A stretch of 64,000 nt of DNA, taken from contig JAIXVE010000214.1 in NCBI GenBank assembly GCA_027483175.1, positions 23,893 to 87,892 of the forward strand, written 5' to 3'. Source of the stretch: Verrucomicrobiaceae bacterium. GTDB lineage: Bacteria; Verrucomicrobiota; Verrucomicrobiia; Verrucomicrobiales; V1-33. Numbering within the stretch: position 1 is the stretch's first letter; each line of letters begins with the position of its first letter. Made by a program: the position numbers and the translations under genes. This document shows, piece after piece, positions 46,301 to 54,112 of the stretch. The notes under the pieces were generated by a model. That model had not been told where the DNA came from, did not search any database, and saw only the letters and a list, made by a program, of their open reading frames with translations.

Positions 46301-49300
46301 CTCTTCCTCAACGGTCTCTACTGGGGTATCTACGACATCCATGAACGCGCCGAAAACTCCTTCGGCGAAACCTACCTTGGCGGCAACAAGGACAACTACG
46401 ATGTCGTCAAATGCGGTGATCGCTACACCATGGACTTCAAAACCGAAGCCACCGACGGTTACCTCAACACCAACCCGGACGGCAGCAAGGCCGCATGGCG
46501 CGACCTCTGGGACCGTTCCGTCGCCCACCGCACCGCCCCGACCAATGCCAACTACTTCCGCATGCTCGGGCGGAATCCCGACGGCTCCCGCAACCCCGCC
46601 TTCCCAGTCCTCGTCGACATCGATGACCTCATCGACTACATGATGGTCATCTTCTACACCGGAGACGGCGACGCGGTCCTCTCCAGCTTCCTCTCCAATA
46701 ACAAACCCAACAACTGGCACTCGATGCGCGACCGGAATGGCGATCGCGGCTTCACCTTCTACCTCCAGGACGGCGAACACACGCTGCTAGCCCCTAACTG
46801 GGGCGCAGACCGCACCGGCCCCTTCCTCACCCAGTCCAACAGCACCCTCCCAGACTGGGGCAACCCCCAATGGGTCCACGACAGCCTCGCGCTCAATCCA
46901 GAATACCGGCTCCGCTTCGCCGACAGGGTCCGCAGACACTTCTTCAACAATGGCGCCATGTCCGCCGCAGTCGCCAAACAGCGCTGGCTAGACAAAGCCG
47001 CCACCATCAACCGCGCCATCCGCGTCTACGCCGCTCGCTACAGCACCACCGCCGCCGGCGAATCCGCATGGAATACCCGCATCAACTTCATCCGCGACAA
47101 CTTCTTCGACTCCCGCCCGCCCGTCGTGCTCGCCCAGTTCACCGCCGACGGGCTCTGGCCAACCACCGCCGCCCCGGACTTCTCCAGACACGGCGGCCAG
47201 GTCCCCGGCGGCTTCCAACTCAGCATGTCCGTCCCGCCCGGAGCTCAGGTGTTCTACACCACCGACGGCTCCGATCCACGCCGCATCCTCGAAACCCGGC
47301 CAACCCCCTTCACCTTCCAGACACGCACCGCTCCAGTCTCATGGCGCATCGCCACCAGCGCCAATGACGGCTTCACCATCGGGCCCGCCCCAGCCCCGAC
47401 CTCCAACGGTCTCGTCGGCCGCTGGCGCTTCGAAGGCACCCCCGACGACAGCGCCGGAACCACCAACGGCACGCCCATCGGCGCACCCGTCTACACCACC
47501 GGCATCAACGGCCAATCTCTCTTCCTCAACGGCAGCTCGCAGTACATCGGCCTCGGCAATCCAGACGCCCTCAAAATCACCGGCCAGATCACCATGTCCG
47601 CATGGATCCGCCCAACCGCCAACACCAACATCCGCAACATCATCAGCAAAGGCTTCAATACCAGCCCCGCCGGTGAAGTCTCCCTCCGCATCAACGCCGG
47701 TGCCATCGAAGCCGGCACCGCCGACAGCAGCAGCTACTTCGTCTCCGCACCCGCCTCCGCAACCCTCAGCACATGGCAGCACGTCTGCGGCGTCTACGAC
47801 GGCACCGCATGGAGGCTCTACCGCAACGGCGAGGAAGTCGCCAGCCTCGTCACCACAAAGGGAGCCCTCCCCGTCGCCGGCGTCCTCGAAGCCAATAACG
47901 CATGGTCCATCGGTTCCCGCGGCGGCTCCACCGAACGCGCCTTCGCCGGTCAGATCGATGAGGTCTATCTCTACAACCGGGGCCTCACTCCCACGGAAAT
48001 CCGCGCCCTCTACAACGGCACGCAACCCAGTGTCACCATCGCCGACTGGAAAGAACCTGACTTCCCCGCAACTGACGGATGGCAGTCCGGAGCAGGCGGC
48101 CTCGGCTACGATACAGACCCCGCCGTGTCCTTCACTCCATTCATCGGCACCAGCACCGAATCCATGCGCTCCGTCTCGCCTTCCCTCCTGACACGCCGGA
48201 CGTTCACTCTGTCGGCCGCCGACCGCGCCCAGACCGCTCTATTGCAGCTCAACGTCCGCTATGACGACGGCTTCGTGGCCTTCCTGAACGGCACCAAAAT
48301 CGCCGAGCGCAACGCCCCGGTCATCCCTAACGGCGCATCGACCGCCACCGCCGTGCGCGCGGACGCTCTCGCCATCGTTCAGGAAAGAATCGATGTCAGC
48401 AACTTCCTCTCCAGCCTCCGCTCCGGATCCAACGTGCTCGCCATCCACGCCCTCAACGCCACCGCCGCCGACAATGACCTCCTCTGCGACGCGGAACTCG
48501 TCGGTGCCGACGCCGCCTCGTTCACCGGCGACACCGCACGGCTCTACACCGGCCCGCTCACACTCCAGCAGCCTGGCACCATCCGCGCCCGGGTCTACTC
48601 TAATGGATCATGGAGCGCCGTGACCGAGGCCTTCTTCAGCGTCGCCACAGAAGCTGCCTCCGCCTCCAATCTCGTCATCAGCGAGATGCACTACAACCCG
48701 CTCGCCCCCGTCTCCCCGACCGAACTGGCAGCATCGGCAGATCCCGACGACTTCGAATTCATCGAAGTCATGAACATCCTCCCTTCCACCGCCGTGGATC
48801 TCACTGCTGTCCGCTTCACCGGCGGCATCACCACTTCGCCCCTCGGCAATCTCATCCTGCAACCCGGCGAACGCGCTGTCTTCGTACGCCATCCCGCCGC
48901 ATTCGCCGCCCGCTACGGATCAGCCTTCCCCGGCACCCGGGTCCTCGGAACCTACAGCGGAGCCCTCTCCAACCAGGGCGAGCAACTCATCCTCAATGCC
49001 GCCACCGGCACCGTCATCCGCGACTTCGTTTACGACGACAACCCGCCATGGCCCGACGCCGCCGACGGAACCGGCCCATCCCTTGTGCTCGCCGCCCCTC
49101 TCACCAATCCGGATCATGCCCTCCCCTCCAACTGGCGCTCCGGCAGCCTCCCCGGCGGCAATCCCGGAACCACCGCATGGCTCGTCTGGGCCGCTTCCGC
49201 GGGCGTCAGCGATCCAAATGACGACGTCGACGGCGACGGCATCAGCGCACTCCTCGAATACGCCACCGGCAATGACCCGCGCATCCCTGGCAATATCTCA

Positions 49301-49537
49301 CTGTCCGCGGAAATCGCCCCCGATGGATTCCTCAGAGTCAGCCTGACTCATGCCGCCGCCGAAGACGTTCTCCTCGAACCAGTGCAGAGCACCGACCTAA
49401 CAGCATGGAACGGCGGACTGATCCCCGTCGGCGAATCCCCCGCCGCAGGCGGACGCGTCACCACCACATGGCGCACCCCGGCTCCAGTCGCCGCCGGACC
49501 CAGATTGTACGTTCGGGTCCGCGCCTCGCTCCAATGA
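43337..49537 (+). CDS. Giant secreted multidomain protein: LTD + 2x fucolectin/discoidin-like + jelly-roll + CHB_HEX_C-like + CotH kinase-family + CHB_HEX_C-like + LamG (Laminin_G_3-like) + jelly-roll + LTD + C-terminal tail (2,066 aa from ATG 43337)
   Basis: The preferred start is MRNTPMPLLLRFAAALSLTAGPLAA (signal peptide). LTD signatures are ISEFMADN...WIEVENPG and ISEMHYNP...EFIEVMNI. There are two discoidin-like copies (RNRGDNCCGSRLRDITIEV and RNREGCCPERLRNITVQI). The CotH block is KHSFRVFF...YCHLFLNGLYWGIYDIHER. The LamG block is LVGRWRFEG...MSAWIRP...FAGQIDEVYLYNRGLT. A DVDGDGISALLEYATGNDP motif is also present. Confidence 0.85.
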   Translation: MRNTPMPLLLRFAAALSLTAGPLAAQDAVISEFMADNVTELADVDGQFADWIEVENPGALPLNLENWSLTDDPLVPGKWRFPAVVLQGGGRLVVFASGKNRRDPTKQLHTNFALESSGGYLAIVRPDGSLRPSEWNPYPPQREDISFGAAQDVVSQPLLNTSAGRAFVPTSGQAPPQGWNEQGFSPDASWNATTFPPGIGFDTTAPAPPPANLARSGVAVQSTTQATFNASLANDGLLNNFSHTATADAAPFWNVDLGSGAVISTITVRNRGDNCCGSRLRDITIEVLDDALNPVFTSALLNPENTGFVYPAGPVSLSVDLVALTGGAVSGRHVRVSRKADPDLSGTGGQGDTNEQNVLSMGEVEVMGTAPGAVVNLARTGSPAPVATQTTTLSTYTASLGINGNNADFTHTVNTDTTPAWTLNLNRRAAISSVNIRNREGCCPERLRNITVQILDTNGTTILHTSPVLNPDNVLGGPAELIYDTAAANGGNPIFGQFVRIRRTTEAAATDDARVLSMAEVQVRGTELNGYRPYIRTDLQSAMLNRSSTAYWRIPFSSPNAAVFNSLRLRLRYDDGFTAWLNGTKIAERNAPTNPGPSSTATTDRPFSEGYLAETIDFAAALPLLSTAGPNVLAIHGLNSSAADDNFLLQPELTATYVNTTPNVFLSNATPGAPNESPWYIGEVADTNFSHKRGFYDTAFQLTISSATPGAQIYYTTNTSDPTPQTGTLYTGPITISSTPNTSTSGARVIRARAYLPNWKPTNIDTHTYIFTADVTGPPRVSLSTAGAVSGSAANIPPGWPTNAATNGGQAFIWGFDAGVKATYTAAQVREALAQIPVISVVTQQNNLTDPLTGIYVNGIQRGQAWERPGSIEMLDLTKPGATPTEGHGQFKSGCGLRIRGGASRADSSTKHSFRVFFRSEYGDGKLNYRLYGPDGAAEFDTFDLRGSQNYSWSQNATDANETMVRDPFCRMTLAAMGQPSTRTRYCHLFLNGLYWGIYDIHERAENSFGETYLGGNKDNYDVVKCGDRYTMDFKTEATDGYLNTNPDGSKAAWRDLWDRSVAHRTAPTNANYFRMLGRNPDGSRNPAFPVLVDIDDLIDYMMVIFYTGDGDAVLSSFLSNNKPNNWHSMRDRNGDRGFTFYLQDGEHTLLAPNWGADRTGPFLTQSNSTLPDWGNPQWVHDSLALNPEYRLRFADRVRRHFFNNGAMSAAVAKQRWLDKAATINRAIRVYAARYSTTAAGESAWNTRINFIRDNFFDSRPPVVLAQFTADGLWPTTAAPDFSRHGGQVPGGFQLSMSVPPGAQVFYTTDGSDPRRILETRPTPFTFQTRTAPVSWRIATSANDGFTIGPAPAPTSNGLVGRWRFEGTPDDSAGTTNGTPIGAPVYTTGINGQSLFLNGSSQYIGLGNPDALKITGQITMSAWIRPTANTNIRNIISKGFNTSPAGEVSLRINAGAIEAGTADSSSYFVSAPASATLSTWQHVCGVYDGTAWRLYRNGEEVASLVTTKGALPVAGVLEANNAWSIGSRGGSTERAFAGQIDEVYLYNRGLTPTEIRALYNGTQPSVTIADWKEPDFPATDGWQSGAGGLGYDTDPAVSFTPFIGTSTESMRSVSPSLLTRRTFTLSAADRAQTALLQLNVRYDDGFVAFLNGTKIAERNAPVIPNGASTATAVRADALAIVQERIDVSNFLSSLRSGSNVLAIHALNATAADNDLLCDAELVGADAASFTGDTARLYTGPLTLQQPGTIRARVYSNGSWSAVTEAFFSVATEAASASNLVISEMHYNPLAPVSPTELAASADPDDFEFIEVMNILPSTAVDLTAVRFTGGITTSPLGNLILQPGERAVFVRHPAAFAARYGSAFPGTRVLGTYSGALSNQGEQLILNAATGTVIRDFVYDDNPPWPDAADGTGPSLVLAAPLTNPDHALPSNWRSGSLPGGNPGTTAWLVWAASAGVSDPNDDVDGDGISALLEYATGNDPRIPGNISLSAEIAPDGFLRVSLTHAAAEDVLLEPVQSTDLTAWNGGLIPVGESPAAGGRVTTTWRTPAPVAAGPRLYVRVRASLQ

Positions 49538-49549
49538 TACCACATGGCC

Positions 49550-49580
49550 GCGGGGGCGGATCCTTCTACTCCGCCCCCGC
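49550..49580. terminator. Perfect 11-bp GC stem-loop between the convergent LTD/CotH and pabB genes (possible bidirectional terminator, no T-tract)
   Basis: GCGGGGGCGGA (49550-49560), loop tccttctac, TCCGCCCCCGC (49570-49580). It sits in the 54-nt convergent intergenic gap. Confidence 0.45.
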
Positions 49581-49591
49581 CAACCCCGCCG

Positions 49592-50824
49592 TCACCGCGA
49601 TCGCCCCGCCGCCAGCATGCCCGACGCCTTCTGCAGCGTTTCCTCCCATTCCGCCGCCGGCGATGAATCCGCCACGATCCCAGCCCCCGCATGGCAGCTG
49701 ATCACGCCGTGTTCCAGCACCATCGTCCGGATCGCGATGCTGAAATGGCTATCACCATTCGCCCCGAGATAGCCGATCGCTCCAGTGTATAGTCCCCGCG
49801 GAACGGGCTCCAGCTCGCGGATGATCTCCATAGCCCGCTTCTTCGGCGCTCCACTAATCGACCCGCCGGGAAAACAAGCCTTCAACGCAGCCGCATGCGA
49901 CACCTCAGGCCGAAGCGTGCCCTCCACCGTCGACACAAGGTGGTGCACCTGCTCATAAGCCTCCGGCTGCAGCAACCCAGTCACCCTGACACTCCCGTAC
50001 TCGCAGACCATACCCAGGTCATTGCGCAGCAGATCCGTGATCATCACCAGTTCCGCACGCTCCTTCGGACTGCTCAGCAGTTCGCCACGCGACCGCTCAT
50101 CCCTCTCAGGATCCGTAAAACGCGGCCGGGTTCCTTTGATCGGACGCGTCCGGATGCCGCGGCCACTCATGCGCAAAAAGGACTCCGGCGATGACGAAAG
50201 CACCGTCCGCCCCTCACTCACCATGTAAGCAGCACAGGGAGCCGGACTCACTTCCCTGAGCTTCAGATACAACCCAAACGGATCCCCACCCGTCGGCCAC
50301 AACGCACTGAACCGATGCGCCAGATTCACCTGATAAATGTCCCCCGCCCCGATGTACTCCTGCGCCCGGCTCACCAACCGGCAGTACTCCTCCTCCCCAA
50401 TCCCCGACTCCCACACCAGACGCGGCACTTCCACTAACACAGCTTCCCGCCGCTGCGAAAGCAGATCCCCGCGCTCCAGCCATTCCCCAGTCGCATGCCG
50501 GTAAACCACCACCTGCTCGTACCACCCGAATTCCCAACCGCCCTCGTAATCCACCCACCCGAACCATCCACCCCACTCCCCCGCAGTCGCCACGCCTTCC
50601 CTACCCACCATCGGCTCCTCAAGCAGCGACACATCCTCAATGTGTCCGCGCAGCACCCGCGTCGGACACGCCGCCAGGATGCTCACCGCCCCATCGCGGT
50701 CAGGCTCAGGACAGCGCCCCGCCGTATCCAGCCACACAAACCCCGGAAGATGCCGCAACGAAGCCGCCACTTCCTCGGGACTCTCGTCAAGGAAGCGGGG
50801 CTCGGATCGAAAACGCCTCAGCAT
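49592..50824 (-). CDS. pabB: Aminodeoxychorismate synthase component I (chorismate-binding enzyme)
   Basis: 410 aa. RPIKGTRPR contains the PIKGT lysine characteristic of PabB, whereas TrpE has PIAGT. PGGSISGAPKKRAMEII is also present. No trp genes are adjacent. Confidence 0.8.
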   Translation of the reverse strand: MLRRFRSEPRFLDESPEEVAASLRHLPGFVWLDTAGRCPEPDRDGAVSILAACPTRVLRGHIEDVSLLEEPMVGREGVATAGEWGGWFGWVDYEGGWEFGWYEQVVVYRHATGEWLERGDLLSQRREAVLVEVPRLVWESGIGEEEYCRLVSRAQEYIGAGDIYQVNLAHRFSALWPTGGDPFGLYLKLREVSPAPCAAYMVSEGRTVLSSSPESFLRMSGRGIRTRPIKGTRPRFTDPERDERSRGELLSSPKERAELVMITDLLRNDLGMVCEYGSVRVTGLLQPEAYEQVHHLVSTVEGTLRPEVSHAAALKACFPGGSISGAPKKRAMEIIRELEPVPRGLYTGAIGYLGANGDSHFSIAIRTMVLEHGVISCHAGAGIVADSSPAAEWEETLQKASGMLAAGRSR

Positions 50825-50915
50825 AGCCTCAACTCAACCCAAGCACGCTCCCACGCCACTGCGCAACAGAAGGCACCGCGCCCCCACACACCTTTCCCAA
50901 CCGGCAACTCCCCCC

Positions 50916-53900
50916 TCAGTTCACATACGCCATCTCGTTCGTCATCAGCAGCGCATGCGCAAACTTCTCCCACGCGTCGAGCGGGCTCCGGTCAACCTTC
51001 TCCGCCGCCGGATCCCGCACCGCTTCCTTGATCCCAGCCGTCCCCCGACGGTTCTGCGCCGCCGCAATCGCCTTCGCACGGATCTCCTCCCGCAGCCGTT
51101 GCTTCAACCGCTGCGCCACCTGCTGCCTCGTTAGCGGAACGCCGTCCGCACGCGTTGCCGAAGCAGCCTCTTTCCCCGCCACCGCCGGCGCGGCATCGCC
51201 ACCGCCCTCCGCACTCATGCGCTCATCCGCAGGCAGCGCCGTAATGAAAGCCAGCGCCATCTTCAGCTCCGCAGGCTTCGGCCAGCGTTGATAGATGATC
51301 TCATAAAGGGCCCGCACCCGCGCCTCGTCACTGTCCGCAGCACGGAACTCCTCCCGATCCACAATGTTCCGCGCCTGCTCAATCACTAGCAGGCTGTTCA
51401 TCCGGAACAGCGCCTGCTGCGGCACAATCGTTTCGTGACGCCGACCCGTCGGCAGCGATGGATTGGCCACATCAAAATGCCTCAGAAACTCCGCCATCTC
51501 ATTGCGGTCAATGAATCCATACACACTCCGCCGCTGACTGTAGGGCTCACTCTCGATGTTCACCGGATGCCCGCCCATCGTCAGATCAAGCTGACCACCC
51601 ATCGACAGCACACTGTCGCGCAGCGCTTCAAAATCCAGCTTCCTCACATTCTGCCGCCACAGCTGCCGGTTGAACGGATCAATCTGCGCCATCGCCGGAT
51701 CCGGCTCACTCGCCTGCTGCCACGTCTTCGAAAGCAGAATCTCACGGTGCAGCTTCTTCAGACTCCATCCATTCCGCATGAACTGAACCGCTAACGCATC
51801 CAGCAGCTCCGGATGCGACGGCGGCTCGCTCTGCACCCCAAGGTCGTCAGGAGACGCCACAAACCCGCTCCCGAAATGATGCTGCCAGACCCGGTTCACA
51901 ATCACCCTCGGCGTCAGCGGATTGTCCCCGCTCGCCACCGCCTCCGCAAGCTCCAGCCGGCCACTCCCCTTCGTGAACGGCTTCACCGCTCCTTTGCTGA
52001 GCACCTCAAGAAACGAACGCGGCACTTCCGGCCCAGGACTCTGCACCTGCCCGCGGAGCAACACGCGGGCATTCGCCGGTCGGCTGTCATCATAAAGCAC
52101 ATTCGCACGCCCCGGTGCCCCGGGATGACTCACGTCAAACTTGGCCAGATCCCCGGTAATCCTCGCCGCCAGATCCTGAACCTCACGCGGCACCGCCCGC
52201 GGCACCGCATCCAGCGGTCGCTCAAGGAACATCCCGGGATCCAGCACCGCCGTCCGCACTTCCTCAAGCGCAGCATCCGATACCCCGGGAAATGGCTTGC
52301 CCGGATGATCCTTCCGGAATGCCGCCGATTCCGTCTGGTACATCGCATCAGCCTGTAGAAAAATCCCCTCATAGATCGCCCGCGCCTCGACCAGTGATGC
52401 CGGTCGCTTGCCGCGAAACGCCTCGCGGACCGCTCGGTTCGAAACCACCCCTGCCGCATCCTCAACCGTCCGCGCCACCACCGCCGCCGCTCGCTCCGGC
52501 CACGCTCCCGACGGCAACGCCGACAGCTCAGCCCAGAGGTCGATCGTCGGATTTAAATCAAGGCTCGCCCGCCGATTCTTTCGCAACTGCGTGCGGCGTT
52601 GCAGGCCCTGCGAAAGCTCAGCCACCAGTCGCCCGTCAATCTTCGCCGCTCTCGCCGCATTCAGAAACTCAGGCGAGCGCCGGTCAATCCCCGTCAGCCC
52701 GAGAAACAGCCCGGCGTTCCGGTTGAAGACCGACGCAATGCGATCCATCTCCCCTATCAGCTTTGTGCGCCCGGCCTTTTCAGTCTCGCGGCGCTTCTGC
52801 TGGTACTCCGCAACCGCCGCCGCATCCGCAGGACTCATCGCCACTGGCTTCGTCTCCGGCTCGAAACACGACGCAAATACTCCGGCCAGCGCATAGTAAT
52901 CCCGCTGAGTCACTGGATCGAAAAAGTGATCGTGACAACGCGCACAACTCACCGTGAGCCCCAGAAACCCCTTGGTCACCACGTCAATCTGATCATTGAT
53001 AATGTCAGGACGCTGCCCGTTGAACTGATCCCCCTGCGTGATAAAGCCAAGCGCAGCCAAGGTGGACTTGTTCTCCTCCCCTCCCGGAAGCAGGTCAGCC
53101 GCAATCTGCTCGCGGATGAACTGATCAAACGGCTTGTCGGCATTCAGCGCCGCTATCACATAATCACGATAGGTCCACGCATTCGGATTCAATGGCGTCT
53201 GCTCCCGGCGCACCTGACCACGCGTGTCCGCATACCGGGACACATCCAGCCAGTAACGCCCCCACCGCTCCCCATACTGCGGACTCGCCAGCAGTCGATC
53301 CACCACCTTCGCAAACGCGTCCGGCGCATCATCATTCACAAACGCCAGCACTTCCTCCGGCGACGGCGGAAGCCCCGTCAGATCCAGCGAAACTCGCCGG
53401 ATCAGCGTCCGCTTATCAGCACCCGGCGATGGCTTCAGCCCCTTCGCCTCAAGCCCCGCAAGCACCCACGTATCAATAACCTTGCCATCCGACCATCCCC
53501 CGTCCCGGACCGCAGGCAGCGGCTTCTCCGCCAGCGGCTGAAACGCCCAGTGCGCCATCGCCTTCGCCCGCATCGCCTCACTCAGACCCGCCCCAGCCCC
53601 GCCAACCGCCTTCGCCTCGCCAGTCCTCGGATCCGGCGCACCCATCCGCACCCACTCCTCCAGTACCGCAACCTCCGCCGCCTCAAGCTTCTCTCCTCTC
53701 GGCGGCATCTGCATGTCGTCATCCGTGTACCGCACCGCCCGAATCACCAGGCTCTTGTCAGGATCCCCCGGCACAATCGCCGCCCCCGATTCCCCACCCT
53801 TCTCCCACCCAGCCTTCGTATCAAGCGTCAGCCCGCCCTTCGCCTTCCCACCCGCAGCACTGTGACACTGGTAGCAATGCTCCGAAAGCAGCGGGCGCAC

Positions 53901-53990
53901 CTTCGTCTCGAAATACTCAATATGTTCCTTCGGAAGATCGGCCGCCGCAGCAGGCAGGACCGCCAGAGTCAAAAGAAAGGAAAAGCGCAT
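50916..53990 (-). CDS. PSCyt1/PSCyt2(DUF1549)/PSD1(DUF1553)-type planctomycete-style cytochrome-domain protein (1,024 aa from ATG 53990)
   Basis: The track ORF starts at GTG 53996. ATG 53990 gives a clean signal peptide, MRFSFLLTLAVLPAAAA. The N-terminal CYQCHS heme-like motif, CARCHDHFFDP, and a long DUF1553-like C-terminus match this PVC family. Confidence 0.85.
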   Translation of the reverse strand: MRFSFLLTLAVLPAAAADLPKEHIEYFETKVRPLLSEHCYQCHSAAGGKAKGGLTLDTKAGWEKGGESGAAIVPGDPDKSLVIRAVRYTDDDMQMPPRGEKLEAAEVAVLEEWVRMGAPDPRTGEAKAVGGAGAGLSEAMRAKAMAHWAFQPLAEKPLPAVRDGGWSDGKVIDTWVLAGLEAKGLKPSPGADKRTLIRRVSLDLTGLPPSPEEVLAFVNDDAPDAFAKVVDRLLASPQYGERWGRYWLDVSRYADTRGQVRREQTPLNPNAWTYRDYVIAALNADKPFDQFIREQIAADLLPGGEENKSTLAALGFITQGDQFNGQRPDIINDQIDVVTKGFLGLTVSCARCHDHFFDPVTQRDYYALAGVFASCFEPETKPVAMSPADAAAVAEYQQKRRETEKAGRTKLIGEMDRIASVFNRNAGLFLGLTGIDRRSPEFLNAARAAKIDGRLVAELSQGLQRRTQLRKNRRASLDLNPTIDLWAELSALPSGAWPERAAAVVARTVEDAAGVVSNRAVREAFRGKRPASLVEARAIYEGIFLQADAMYQTESAAFRKDHPGKPFPGVSDAALEEVRTAVLDPGMFLERPLDAVPRAVPREVQDLAARITGDLAKFDVSHPGAPGRANVLYDDSRPANARVLLRGQVQSPGPEVPRSFLEVLSKGAVKPFTKGSGRLELAEAVASGDNPLTPRVIVNRVWQHHFGSGFVASPDDLGVQSEPPSHPELLDALAVQFMRNGWSLKKLHREILLSKTWQQASEPDPAMAQIDPFNRQLWRQNVRKLDFEALRDSVLSMGGQLDLTMGGHPVNIESEPYSQRRSVYGFIDRNEMAEFLRHFDVANPSLPTGRRHETIVPQQALFRMNSLLVIEQARNIVDREEFRAADSDEARVRALYEIIYQRWPKPAELKMALAFITALPADERMSAEGGGDAAPAVAGKEAASATRADGVPLTRQQVAQRLKQRLREEIRAKAIAAAQNRRGTAGIKEAVRDPAAEKVDRSPLDAWEKFAHALLMTNEMAYVN

Positions 53991-54049
53991 GGTCACACAG
54001 CAGGAGATTCACCCCCCACTGACACTCCCCGCCGTCTCCTGGTTTCAGG

Positions 54050-54092
54050 AAAACAAAAAAGGGGCGCACCACCGTCTCCGGTCGTGCGCCCC
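54050..54092 (-). terminator. Classic rho-independent terminator after the 4xLTD gene
   Basis: The stem is GGGGCGCAC (54061-54069) / GTGCGCCCC (54084-54092). On the minus strand it is followed by TTTTTTGTTTT (54050-54060). It lies 21 nt past the stop at 54113. Confidence 0.85.
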
Positions 54093-54112
54093 CGCCAACT
54101 CAATCAGACGCC

